Below, piece by piece: positions 28,184-39,600 of a stretch of 64,000 nucleotides of DNA. The notes beneath the pieces were generated by a model. That model did no database searches. It was given only the letters and a program-made list of their open reading frames with translations, and was not told where the DNA came from. Origin of the DNA: Catajapyx aquilonaris. Taxonomy: Eukaryota. Position 1 is the stretch's first letter; each line of letters opens with the position of its first letter. The stretch lies in the NCBI GenBank assembly GCA_000934665.2, contig KZ537999.1:62001-126000 (forward strand), written 5' to 3'. A program made the position numbers and the translations under genes.

Positions 28184-28268
28184 TGAAAGTAGAGATGGCT
28201 CTGATGCTGAATTCTGAAAGCAAAGATGGCGCCGATGCTTATATCTGAAAGTACAGATGGCGCCGATG
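28184..28268. repeat. 31-bp tandem repeat, ~2.7 copies (TGAAAG.A.AGATGGCGCCGATGCT)
   Basis: Unit starts at 28184, 28215 and 28246. Confidence 0.7.
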
Positions 28269-31200
28269 ATGTTTTATACTGTTTCGTACCCATTTTCGGT
28301 TCGTTACCACATGCAATGAAAGTCCATAGAGGGCTGGGAAGACGATTAGTGTCTCGCACACCCGGGCAACACCGATAGTTCCAGTACGGTGCATTTATAT
28401 GCCTTGTGCATCCAGCTAACGCCCTCCCAATGTGCCTTCCCTTCATAAATTCCAGGCCCCCACATTTGTCGTCTCCCCCCCCCCCCTTTTTTGTCTTCTG
28501 TTGTTACCCCCACTACTCCAGCAACCAGCCAACCTCCCCAGTCAATCTGGAAGACAAGGCAGGACCCATTTCTCTTCATTTCCCTGGACGGAGTACCGGG
28601 GGAAGGTCAAGCCCTATTTCGGCGGGTCGCCCTGAAAAACTACCTTTCCCAGCAGTTCCCCCCAGCAAGTAAAAGGTCCTTGCTTGTCCCGCACTCGCAT
28701 CATTATTATCCGGTCAGGTTTTCTGGAAATGGCAATTTGCTCCCTGGAGTAGTAAATTCTACTCAGTGAGAAACGGGCCCAGCTTTTCCCCCCCTCCCCA
28801 TGAGCTGAGGCCCCAAAAGCTGATCTTTGTGTGTTACAAGGGCCACGATTGGCTGACTCCACTCCTGACTTCAATTCAAAAGCCAGGGGGTTCTTTTGAA
28901 TTCACACTGTGGATGATGCAAGGTTCAAATTAAAGTTTAATATTAAGTCGTGCCACATGGCGTCGGAATAAAAATAATTAGAATAAAATAACGCAAAGTA
29001 ATTCGGAATGGAAAATTTTGATGGGATTGAAACAACTTTTGATGTACAGTAAATTGGACTGATTTTAAACAGATTTGCATGGAGCCTCATTAATTGACAT
29101 AAAAATTATAATAATACGTTATCCATATGGCCGACCAGCTATATGCAAAGCCTTGAAAATTTTATAATTAATGGTCATAATCGGATTGAAGAGATAATGT
29201 AAAACTTTCAACTTAACAATAACGGGACTCATTTGTAAAAAGTCGCAGTCATTTATTTTGTGCAATCGCATGTTAAACTCGCAGTAATAAATATTAGCAT
29301 ATGGTCATCAATTATTCAAAGCTCGCAAAAGTCAAAAAATATAATTTTGGGGAGAAGCTTGTTAAACATTATCCGCTTAATGAGTCTGATACAACCGTCA
29401 TTAATTTGTCTATATAGAACAGTTCCAAACAAACAAGTAATACAGAATAATCACCAAATTTTGCAATGTATGTGGTCTTACATGCATGATCCCATCACAT
29501 AATAATCCTATAATATATTAACAAGCAGAGAAGCATGTTCCCGATAACGACCTTTCAATATTCAACTCATACTTTAAAAAAAAAAATTGGGGCGGTGGAT
29601 GGATGATATTTAAACAGAGTAAACTAATCAGCGCCAACTTTCATCAAGACTAGTAGTCAAAAAAAAAGTCATCAGCCAAAAATCGCAATTTTGAGTATTG
29701 CCCTGCCCTGCAATAATTTCCACCGGGATGTATCGGAAACCTCCCCATTCCTCCTGCCCCCCATTTTTTTCCTCATTTTACCCGATCGACTTTTTTTTCC
29801 CAGCTTCCTCCCCAGTCCTATGTAAATTCGGGAGCAGTCCAAGAGCACAAATTATTTAGCATATTAAACGACTCCGTCTCGTCATTGCGGTGTGACCAAA
29901 GCACCCCGAAAAAAATTTGGGTCCTCTACTTTTTTATACACATGCATTTACATTGCAAAAAAGCTTCCCAAGTTGGCCAACAGGACATTCCGCTTTTCAA
30001 GTGGTACCCATTTAGATGAAGGGGGTGGGAAATCTTTGTGCACTAATTGAGCTGCCAAGGCGCCGATGCGTGTACTATTTTTCTTTTAAATTGTGCGTAC
30101 GCAATTAGTTGGGGTCAGTCTAATGAGGATACAAAATTGGCCGCACCATACAGAGTACTCTGAAATATTTCCCCCCGGGCCTGGCCAAAACAGCATGCAA
30201 TTAGGCCCAAAAAGCATCGTACTTACCGTGATGAAGCTTCTTCTAATCCGTAATCACGTAAGCAAATGTGAATTAAATTCCCGAGGGATACAAATGCACT
30301 TGCACAAAGGCAAACCGTGTTGACCGACGCTCACATGTTGACTGAATAAGACAGCTGATAAGTGATCTCACAGGCTCAAGTGCTAATAATATTATTCAGA
30401 AAAAAAGCAGGATATTTGGGTAACAGAGTCATGAAGCGACTACCGGTAGGCTAAATAATTACGCTGGCGGATTTAGCATTGCCATTATGTAAGTGCACTT
30501 ATTTTTTTCCGGGGTCTCCCAGCACGTCGCCATCAGTTTCATCGCAGGCTTTTCACACTGACGTCGTAATGCAGCAGAAGCTCTTAAGAAAATATTACGC
30601 CGTAATGCTACTCTTCAGCACAATAAACGAGGGTTTCTACTTTTTTTCTTTTTTTGGTTCCTTCCCATAGCCGAAATTGTCTCCGGCTTCTCTTCCCCCC
30701 CGTTTCCTTCCTCCCTATTTTTCTTTTCCTCTCGTTTATCTCCCCTGGTTTGTTGGTCCCTAGTAATTTCCACGACTGCTTTTATTCTCTTCCTGCGCCA
30801 CTTTGCCAAAAAATTCCCTGCGAATCGACCCTACTCTGCGAAAAAAAATATCCGTAACTGCAATCTGGTCTACAGTTAGACCTTATCGCATATTGCAGTT
30901 GCGGATTATTATGACAACTTATCTGTCCTGGAAATAGTTACAAAGCCAGACTCATCAGAATGCAAATTTGGCCTATTGTTTGCCCAACTTTTTGGGGAGG
31001 TGGATGGGCCTATTTTTTTGAAAGGGTTGGGTTTGCGACGACAATGGCGATGTCGACACTGTGTAAACGACGATTGCGCCTCGCCTTGCCAATCCTCTTA
31101 TTGTCTGGCGTAACTGGAGTTGACAAGGTAAACACCAGTGTCTGTCTGTCTCCCTTGCGAAAGTCTATCCAAAGAAAGTGGGGTTCCTGGACCGGTTGTT

Positions 31201-31749
31201 TGTCCAGCGACAACAGAAGCTGTCCAAAAAATATTTTTTTGATGATCTGGCCTAGATTTTTTTTTGGAACAGTCGATAACCAGCCCATAAATGCAAATTA
31301 ATTTCGCTCTCTTTTTTTGGCCCGCATTAAAAAAATACCGGTGCATGATAGAGAGGTTTGCAAATTTCGTAATTCCCTGCAGCACAAAAGTAGCGGACTT
31401 TTTATTCTGCACAAAAAAACAGCTATCTTCAATAATCCCTCTGGCGGCTGGAGGGATCCGGCGCGGAAATGAGTTTTGCTTAGCAGTGCATAAAAAATTT
31501 AGCACAGCCCCCCCCCTCCCCCCAAAAAAAACAGGATTTAAATTTTCTAGTGCCCATTTTTTCGCAGGTATAAGTCCGGCAAAGATGGCCGCCATATCGA
31601 TTCCACCAATTAATTCAAATAAATTCTGATCATGCTGGTGATCCAAGATGGCTTCCTGATGACACCTGTGGGTAGTAAAACTGGGGTTGTATAACTTACG
31701 ACGCCCACACGAAATGACCCTGACATTGCTTTTCTGTGATAAGAAAAAG

Positions 31750-31755
31750 TTTATT
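31750..31755 (-). promoter_or_regulatory. Candidate distal polyadenylation signal AATAAA (3'UTR of about 2.3 kb)
   Basis: Minus strand GTGTAAATAGTGTATTT-AATAAA-CTTTTTC, with upstream TGTA motifs, at the end of a U-rich stretch. Confidence 0.35.
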
Positions 31756-33198
31756 AAATACACTATTTACACAACGAAGCACCTTTCGCATGAAGACATG
31801 ACTAGTGTCCATACTGTTTATAAGGGGGGTGAAAAGGGGGGTTTAAGATGAGGGGGGGAAGGGGAATTCTTGTTGGTTGTATTTTTTTGTCGTATATCTG
31901 CCACGTTTTTTGGACGGTCGGCAGGACATCAGGCCACACTAATACAGTGGAAATTGTATAACTCGAACATCCAATATGTCGAAGAATATTACGACTGTTG
32001 GTCACGATGTGCAGAATAATTTATGCGATGTATCGACAGAAGTCTGTCGCGAATCATTTTGTAGCTAACTTGGATATTCTAGTTACAGAAATTGCACTGT
32101 ATATATATTTTTTGAAAATTGCAAGACCCAGCTCAGCATATTACTTTTTTTTTCACTTCCACGACAGCGAGGGCAATTGCAAAAAAAATACGCCAATTTA
32201 CAACTAGCTATTATTGCGAATGTTCGGGAGATTGATGTAATGGGCAACCTGGACGTCAAATTCAAAATTGCTTTGCTTCGCGGCAAGGTCTTTTCATTAA
32301 CGTTGTAAGTGAAATGTTGAGTGACATCATACGTGGTAAAAGGCAATGACATCATTTTACAACGCGTGTAATATGCAACATTTTGACATTAATTGATCTC
32401 TGTAGTTGTTAAATTACCAATAAGTGCTCAATTTTGAATCTGCTTACTTTCAAAAGTCTACCAGTCCAAAATGTATATTTTTCTTTCAACCGCTTGTTAT
32501 CTTTGGACTGGTGACTTTTAACCTCCCAAGAAAATTCGTAGCAACATGCTGGCGGAGACCTCGTCACAAATTGGTACAAAAACTCAAAAAAAATCACAAA
32601 AAAATAAGTTACACAGGCCTGTACACACACTTAACACAAACGATCCATAAATTAACACGAAAAAAACCGAATTGAAAAAAATACGTCTTGAAAAAATAAT
32701 TCAATTGAAATTCCCTCCCACCCCTTATTCTTGAAACCTTCAAGAAGTTGAATTTTCCATGGCTGGCTCGCACTTAAGAGAATCGTAATCGGTATATATG
32801 CCAGCATCCCGAAAAGGACCAGACTTCATGAATTTTAACGACGGCCTCGTGCCAAACGAACAGTTTGCTCTGTAAGATCCTCTCTTTTTTTTTTACATAT
32901 ATGCCCGACACGGATCAAATTTTTTCCGCAATTTCTTCTCTTTCCAACAATGCAAGCGGGAGAATAAAGAGAGAGAAATGGGGTTGGGGGAAAAAAGGAA
33001 GTTGAGGGTTTAGAGGGGAGGGGGGGAAGGGTCTTGTCAAAGCCAAAAAAGCGAGAGAACAATCGCTTCGTTCGGTAACTCGTCTCACCCAAAAAAGGCA
33101 GCATACAAAAATTTGGCTCTTAAAAGCAGTCTTACTTGTTCCTGGTTCTTAAATATTATTTTTCAGCTCGATCACATGACAAAACGCGCACGTTAGTG

Positions 33199-33209
33199 TT
33201 TATTTTATT
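33199..33209 (-). promoter_or_regulatory. Candidate proximal polyadenylation signal (overlapping AATAAAATAAA)
   Basis: Plus-strand tttattttatt about 0.8 kb downstream of the stop codon. Confidence 0.35.
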
Positions 33210-33999
33210 TTGTTGTTTTTTCAACAAAAACAAATCAGCAACTGGACGAACGAAGCTCACCCCGTGCACACGGGTTATCCACAATTTTTTTTGGTCCTCT
33301 TAACTGACAAATGGTTTTTTCTTTCTTTCATTGAAACACGATGAAAATAATATTTTGGTGTCCGCAAAGCATTTTTTTTTGACCGATGAGTCTTGTTTGG
33401 CCCAACTTTTAATGATATAATCACAGTACCTGTTACGTTATGATTTCTATGCTTCTTGGTTGTGAACTGCATGCGATGGTCAAAAGTCAGCACTATTTTT
33501 GATCCAATAGGCGCATTCACCGAAACGAATAAAATCGCTCATGTGAACGTGCCGCTTACTGTAGAAGTGTAGATGATTTTTTTACAAGCACAACCGAGTG
33601 CGCGCCCCAACTAGCGCAGACAACAACGTTGCCAGAGTTACTACTCAGCCGTAGCCTGTGAGGTTCGTACCAGATATTTGGCGACGTCGCAAACGTTGGC
33701 CATTTTCTCCTCCAACAGTAGCGTTGGAAATAAGTGCAGCTTAGTACACTCACTATACAGAGCTTACCATCTATTATTGATAGTGCCAAACGTGCACGCT
33801 GCGCGAACTGTGGTGCGCAATCGGTTGTGTTAGTTTAAAAAAAATCATCTGCCATTTTCGTTGCTTGTGTGATTGACAGTGACTCTTAGACGCCCATTCG
33901 GACCAATAGAAGCACAGAAATCGTCCCCAGCCAGCCAATGAAACACTGCGCGAACAGTACTCAACACTGTGGATAACCCCGGTGCACCATCACTTGAGT

Positions 34000-36669
34000 T
34001 CATACCAGGTAGGTCTGAACCGACTGTCCGTTGGCAGCGTTTCTGACCACCGTTCCCTTCTTGCTCGCCTGCTGCTCTTGCTGCTGGTGCTGTTGCTGAT
34101 GGTGCTTCCTGTCTGCGGTTGGCGCCGTGTCGATGGTACTGTACACGTGGTCAGGCCTGATGGCGCCGTCGACCGTGGCGCCATCGATCGACACGTAGCT
34201 GTGCTCCACCTGGCCGTTGTTGGCCTGCACGTACAGCTCTGCCCTGGAAGGCTTGGGACTCTTCCTGGGAACTGTCTGGTGCTGTTGCTGGTGCTGCTGT
34301 TGCTGGGACGGGATGGTGGCGGAGAGTGGGTTGGCCACCAGGTGGTAGTTGGTGGAGTAAGGCCAGAGGTGGTGCTGACGGTGCGGGTGGTGGTGTTGGG
34401 AGTGGTCCTTCACCTCCAGGGCCTTGGTCTGCTGGGACTGGCTCTCCACGCTGAAGCTGCTGATGTTCCGCTGGTAGTTGACGCGAGACGCGTCCGGAAG
34501 CGCGTATCGGAGCTTCTCCCAGAACCGTCTCTCCTCCCACGTCAGGAACGTGCAGGTTTTAACGTACAGGATGAGGTCTGGATCGAGCTCGGGCGCGAAC
34601 AGCTGCTCGAGCGCGACTATGATCAGGGTGCGCTTGCGGTCCTTCAGCGCCTGGTGAAGCGCGGACTTGAACTCGAACCTAGCCCACTCTGTCTGAAGAA
34701 AGTTGTGCGACAGAACCACTATGACGCGTCTGCTGGTCTCAACCGCGCGGACGGTCGCGTCTGCCGATAGCGAGCTCTTGGGCGCGTCTCGGTGCTGCAG
34801 CCAGAGGTGAAACGAAGGGCTGCCGTGCTCCAGTTCCGCAGCCAGAACCTGCGTCACCCAGTCCTCGTCCTTCGCGCTGTAGCACAAGTAAGCGTCGAAT
34901 AGCTTGTTGTCCGCGTCGTCCACCTCGGGCGTCTTTTGGAACAACCGCACACCAAAGTGGGCGTACAAGCACACGCGCAACTCCTTCCGGTACAGGAACA
35001 CAACCACAACCACGACCAACACCACCATGGAGATGGTCAACACCGAGGCCATCACCGGAAGGTAATCGCCCATCACCATATTTCGCATCACCGAGTTGGA
35101 GTAACCCGTGCACGTTGAGTTGTAATCGCGGAGTCTCAGCTCGTACGACCCGGTCCGGTTGTTGTAACACTGCATGTCCGAGGCGTCCGAAACTTTCTTT
35201 CCCGTCTCGTGCACCCAGAGGTACAGCTCGTGCAGGAACTTGCACTCGCAGCTCCAACGGTTGCCGGACAGGCTGACCTGAACCAGGTACGGATTCAGGG
35301 ACAGGAACCACACAGGGTAGTAGGCCAGCTTGTTCCCGTCCAGTCTCAGTATCTCGAGAGACTTGAGAGGCAGGAAGGTCACGTTGCTGATGTACGACAG
35401 CCTGTTGTTGTGCAGGTACAGCTCTCGAAGGTGGGTCAGCTGCTCGAACTCTGACCCGCCCAGCTCTCGGATGTAGTTGTCCTCCAGGTGAAGCTCCTGG
35501 AGTGAGTTGAGCCCGTTGAAGGTCTTGTTCTCTATGACCTCCACGTGGCTTCCGTTCAGGTACAGAGCCTTCATGTTCTTGCGACCGATGAACACGTGGC
35601 TCTTTAGGACCTTGATGGTATTGCCGTCCAGGTACACTTCGGTGGCGTCCATCGGTATCCGCGACGGTATGGTCTGGTACGCGTCGTTGGCGCACGCGAC
35701 GATGTTGGCGGACCACGTCTGGTCGTGGTAGCACGTGCAGTTGGCCGGACACGTCATCTCGCAGTCGCAGGCGTCAAAGTCGCAGCAGTGGCACAACGCG
35801 AAGCAGTGCGTCTCGTACGTGCACAGGAAGTTGGACGGATGCGTCTCGACCAGCGGCATGTGCGAGCGGCTCCGGGTGTGAGTCAATCGGCACATGACGT
35901 TCTCGAGGTCCATCACTTTGGGATGCTGTCGAAGGTGACTCATCTGGTTGATCCTCTGGAGCCACTCCATGCTGCAGTCGCAGTGAAACGGGTTTCCGCC
36001 GATGTAGAACTCCGGTAGCGGCTTCTTCTCCGGAACAGGACTTAACCGCAGAGCCACCAGGTCCAGCTTCTCCAGCTGGTTGGCGTACAGGTCAACCCTG
36101 GTGATGTTGACCTTACGCAAAAATGTGTTTGGCGCCACGTGCGACACCAAGTTGTTGTTGACGAAAAGCTGCTCCAGGCTGTCGGGCAAGGCCTCGTCGC
36201 CCAGGCTGGACAGGCGATTGAAGCTGACGTCCAAGCTCTTTATCCTGAGACGGTGCTGCATGTCGAAGTAGTTGCCAAGGTGGGTTATTTGGTTGTGATG
36301 GAGGTCTAGCCATTCCAGGCTGCTGGGAAGGAAGGAGTAGTCGAAGGAGGTGAGGCGATTGGCGCTGAGGTTGAGCCAAAGGAGTTTGGGAAGGGCATGG
36401 AGGTTGACCTCTTCCAGGGCGTTGGCGTCCAGGCGGAGGGCCTGCAGTTGGGGGCAGCTGACGTCCAGGGCGCCGGATTCAACTCGACGCAGACCATTGT
36501 GGGCCAGGTTCAGCACGCGGAGACCAGGAAGCGAACCCAGGATGCCTCGGTCTAGGGTGACCAGACGGTTGGCCACGAGTCGCAGCCCGGTCAGCTGCGG
36601 GAGACCTCTCAAGGCGCCTTCTTCCACTCCGCTTATGGCGTTCTCACCCAGGTCCAGAGTCTGCAAAAA
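34000..36669 (-). CDS. Tollo: Toll-like receptor coding exon 2: LRRs, internal Cys clusters, second LRR block, LRR-CT, TM helix, TIR domain and Q/H-rich tail (889 aa + TGA)
   Basis: Acceptor TATTTTTTCTTCAG|TTT at 36670/36669 joins in frame to give ..AISDLQ|FLQTLDLGEN, a complete LRR. The exon encodes GGNPFHCDC, CFALCHCCDFDACDCEMTCP (mccTLR hallmark), SGNRWSCEC, the TM segment YLPVMASVLTISMVVLVVVVVVFLY (~34990-35064) and TIR motifs KLFDAYLCYS, SRRVIVVLS.NFLQTEWARFEFKSA and FWEKLRYALP. It ends QTYLV-TGA. Confidence 0.95.
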   Translation of the reverse strand, partial: FLQTLDLGENAISGVEEGALRGLPQLTGLRLVANRLVTLDRGILGSLPGLRVLNLAHNGLRRVESGALDVSCPQLQALRLDANALEEVNLHALPKLLWLNLSANRLTSFDYSFLPSSLEWLDLHHNQITHLGNYFDMQHRLRIKSLDVSFNRLSSLGDEALPDSLEQLFVNNNLVSHVAPNTFLRKVNITRVDLYANQLEKLDLVALRLSPVPEKKPLPEFYIGGNPFHCDCSMEWLQRINQMSHLRQHPKVMDLENVMCRLTHTRSRSHMPLVETHPSNFLCTYETHCFALCHCCDFDACDCEMTCPANCTCYHDQTWSANIVACANDAYQTIPSRIPMDATEVYLDGNTIKVLKSHVFIGRKNMKALYLNGSHVEVIENKTFNGLNSLQELHLEDNYIRELGGSEFEQLTHLRELYLHNNRLSYISNVTFLPLKSLEILRLDGNKLAYYPVWFLSLNPYLVQVSLSGNRWSCECKFLHELYLWVHETGKKVSDASDMQCYNNRTGSYELRLRDYNSTCTGYSNSVMRNMVMGDYLPVMASVLTISMVVLVVVVVVFLYRKELRVCLYAHFGVRLFQKTPEVDDADNKLFDAYLCYSAKDEDWVTQVLAAELEHGSPSFHLWLQHRDAPKSSLSADATVRAVETSRRVIVVLSHNFLQTEWARFEFKSALHQALKDRKRTLIIVALEQLFAPELDPDLILYVKTCTFLTWEERRFWEKLRYALPDASRVNYQRNISSFSVESQSQQTKALEVKDHSQHHHPHRQHHLWPYSTNYHLVANPLSATIPSQQQQHQQQHQTVPRKSPKPSRAELYVQANNGQVEHSYVSIDGATVDGAIRPDHVYSTIDTAPTADRKHHQQQHQQQEQQASKKGTVVRNAANGQSVQTYLV

Positions 36670-39600
36670 CTGAAGAAAAAATACCGGTGATTACTACACG
36701 ACTTCGTAGCAGCATTTCCAGAAATATTCATTAACGTTCCAAATCAAAACGCAACATGCCAACAGAAAAATAATGTGCACTTGTTGCACCAGCAGTTTCC
36801 CCGAATGTTCATTCCTGCATTACGATTAGTCATTCCACATACATTGTTCCATGCAAATGAAAGTACGATGCAAACATTTTTACAGAGCGTAATTACTGGC
36901 CTACGTTTTCTAAATGAAGGCCAGCAACGCACGCACGCTATAAGTTTACTTGCTTTACGCACTAGTAGCTTTCAAGCATTGATGCACCGGAGCATTTGCT
37001 GTTGACATCGTTACCAAGCGTTGCAAGCAGATTAGAGCCCATCCTAAACAACTCCCTGGAAACGTGAACTGCGACTAAAATCTAGTGGTCATTTCAGGTA
37101 CACTTTTTCCGCCTGCATGAAATCGAAAATTACAGTCCAACCTGCTTGTACCTGTAGCTGGCAATGTTTATATCAAATTTATCCATCCGTAAATTAAAAT
37201 TTGAAGCCAGCTGTAACATCTAACTAGTTAATAATACTGGCGGGTTACATTTACTCCAACGAAAAAAAATAACGCTACTTTTATCCAGCGCAGTAACCCA
37301 TTTATTATTCAAGTATTCCTCGGCTGTACTCGGCACGTGCATAGTTCGCATAGCACCATTTTGGGTACCTCGTACAGTTATAAGGCACTGCACAAAACTA
37401 GCAGAAATAGTTTTCCAGAATATAGCGCGCACTGTAGGTATATAGTAACTGGCATTTTCCCGCCCAAAACCGCGCGTCAGACGCAGACATTCCAATCCTC
37501 ATGTCTATATACACATACAGTGCCCTCCGAAATTACATCTCTCCCCCTTTCCACTCGGAGATTGCTGTCAAAGCAAATTCGGAAGCCTTCAGTGGGGGGG
37601 ATCCACTTACGACAAAATAATGGCCGGCTTACTCATGCGAATCCTCCCCCCCCCTTCCCACCCTCAAGTTTCGCAAAAGCAATATTAAGCCCCATGACTT
37701 AAGATGTAATAATGCCTAGGTTTCCACGGACTCATTGCAACTTTCGACCCCCCCGAAAATTCACCCCCCCTCGAGTCTGTCCGTGAAATATGTATCTTGT
37801 GTTCTGTTCAGATATGAGCAAAACTCCCTCCCATTCCCCCCAAGTTATATTGATTTGCTGCAACATTTATGCGTAAGAAACGCAATTACTGCGAGGGGGG
37901 GGGGGGGCTCTCTCTCCTTAAATCGTTCCCAGTGTAAATCCGACCATCAATATTGTACCGTAATCACGCTTATTGCGGACCCCCCACCGTATATATATCT
38001 GATGGCGGTTGCACCAAACCAGAGGCCAAACAACAAAGGAAAACACTGGCTTGTTAATAATTGACCAACTGTTTTCGAACCGGAACGAAAGTAGGACAAT
38101 TGGAAGCATCAAGCTCAAAAAAATTATAACGGTGTGTATATCTAGGATATGCGAAGAAGTCACAATATTTCAGGTACCTTCCGCATCACCCGAGCAAATT
38201 TTTCTTCTTGAAATGATGCACTTTCCTTGGGTAATCACCCTTAAGCGTCGGGGTTTAAACAGAGCGTTTTAGAAAAACCCAGGCCTGGAGTGATCGATCT
38301 GGTGAAAAAACGAGGAGCTTATGGTTTAATAGCAGCGGCTGCCTGGCTGGCCCACCTTTTCTTGTTTAACCCACTAAATCCGAGGACCAACCCCCCTCGG
38401 CACGCCCTTCTCTTAAAGGGGGACGTCCCCTTTAAAAAAAAATACAAGTAGGACCCCCCTGCCTGCCCCCCATTTTGCTTTATTCAGAAGAAAAAAAATC
38501 AGGACAAAATGCCTGTCACATAACCGACCACAAACGGACCCAAACGGTCCAGCACGTGCTATCCGATTCATTGGGTTAGAAATGAATTCCCCAATATCCC
38601 ATAGATTCTGTACCCAGTGGCCGGGAAGGGTAAGCAACACAAATGAAGTTATCAGCTCCTGAGAGGAAAACTTCCCGGCTTTCTTGTTCAATAAATACAT
38701 TTTTTTTTGAGGGGGGGGGGGTATACACCCGGCCATTGATCATGTCTGACACATCAGGACGATATCGCCTCGTATTTTTTCGGCCGCAAGAAATCGCGCC
38801 AAAAACTTGCCCTTTAACCTCCAGATGCGTCCATCTTGCTGAATTGCAAGGATTTGGCAGGGTAAACAATCCCATCGCAATAATTTGGGCCTGCAGCAAC
38901 TTGTGGAAAATAAAAATATAAGAATAATATCTGGTGGCAGTTTACATTTGGCTGAGTTGGTAAGCTGGATTCGACGCAATTACGGGCCACCATGAGCAGC
39001 TCATGCAAAAGCCTAGGGTTGGTCGGTTTTTGGGAGGGGGGGGGGGNGAGAGAGCACAGGGCGGAGTAATTTTCTTCCCATTAGTCAGCCTGCGGAATGG
39101 CCCAAGTCTGTCCAAACGATATGAGAGGCCGGAATTAGTGGTTTTTGCCAGTCCCAAACTAGGAGGAGGGACACCACTCTGCTAACTCACGCTCGAATTA
39201 AACAACCCGGGGAAATAGACAAACATCACTTTTTTTTTAGCCCGACTCTTCGGCATGTTTAGGATCGGAAATAATCTGATCAGTGGAAGACATGCCAACG
39301 ATTATTTTTTTTCACCTGATGCTGCTGGCAACTAGTGGTTTTTGTTCATTGCATATTTTTAACACAAACATTTCGAGACATACTGGATATGTTACTTTTG
39401 AACGTGCTGCAATCACTGTTTCCTAGAGAGAGGGGGGAAAAAATCAGAGTATCGCCCTGCCTTGACTGGAAACGTGTGCACACAGTACAGGCCATGTGTT
39501 GTAGTTTACGGGAACATCCGCCCTGAACCTGGCCACATTGATTTTTCCGCCTACTGCCCGGTAAAAGGAATCGATAGTCCTTTGCCTCCCCCCACCTCCC

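Noticed and set aside
30920..30960. Hammerhead-like CTGATGA followed by a GTCTGG/CCAGGAC stem on the minus strand
   Set aside because: The obligatory GAAA after stem II is absent (AGAT instead), and stems I and III are not evident.
3028..31763. Longer unrelated ORFs (3028..3639, 6260..6817, 31098..31763)
   Set aside because: Homopolymer-derived K/F/P/G runs, no domain motifs and no codon bias like that of the Toll exons.
33961..34002. Stop-codon read-through of the Toll TGA
   Set aside because: The context is TGA-A rather than the leaky TGA-C, the next stop follows after 12 codons, and QTYLV looks like a genuine terminal motif.
33982..36673. Long antisense and alternate-frame ORFs (33982..34770 +, 34739..35752 -, 36350..36673 +)
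   Set aside because: Shadows of the GC3-rich Toll exon 2 with no recognisable domains.
898..39047. Single N bases in G/C homopolymers (911, 3187, 15361, 39047)
   Set aside because: Probably assembly or sequencing ambiguity in homopolymer runs, not a biological signal.
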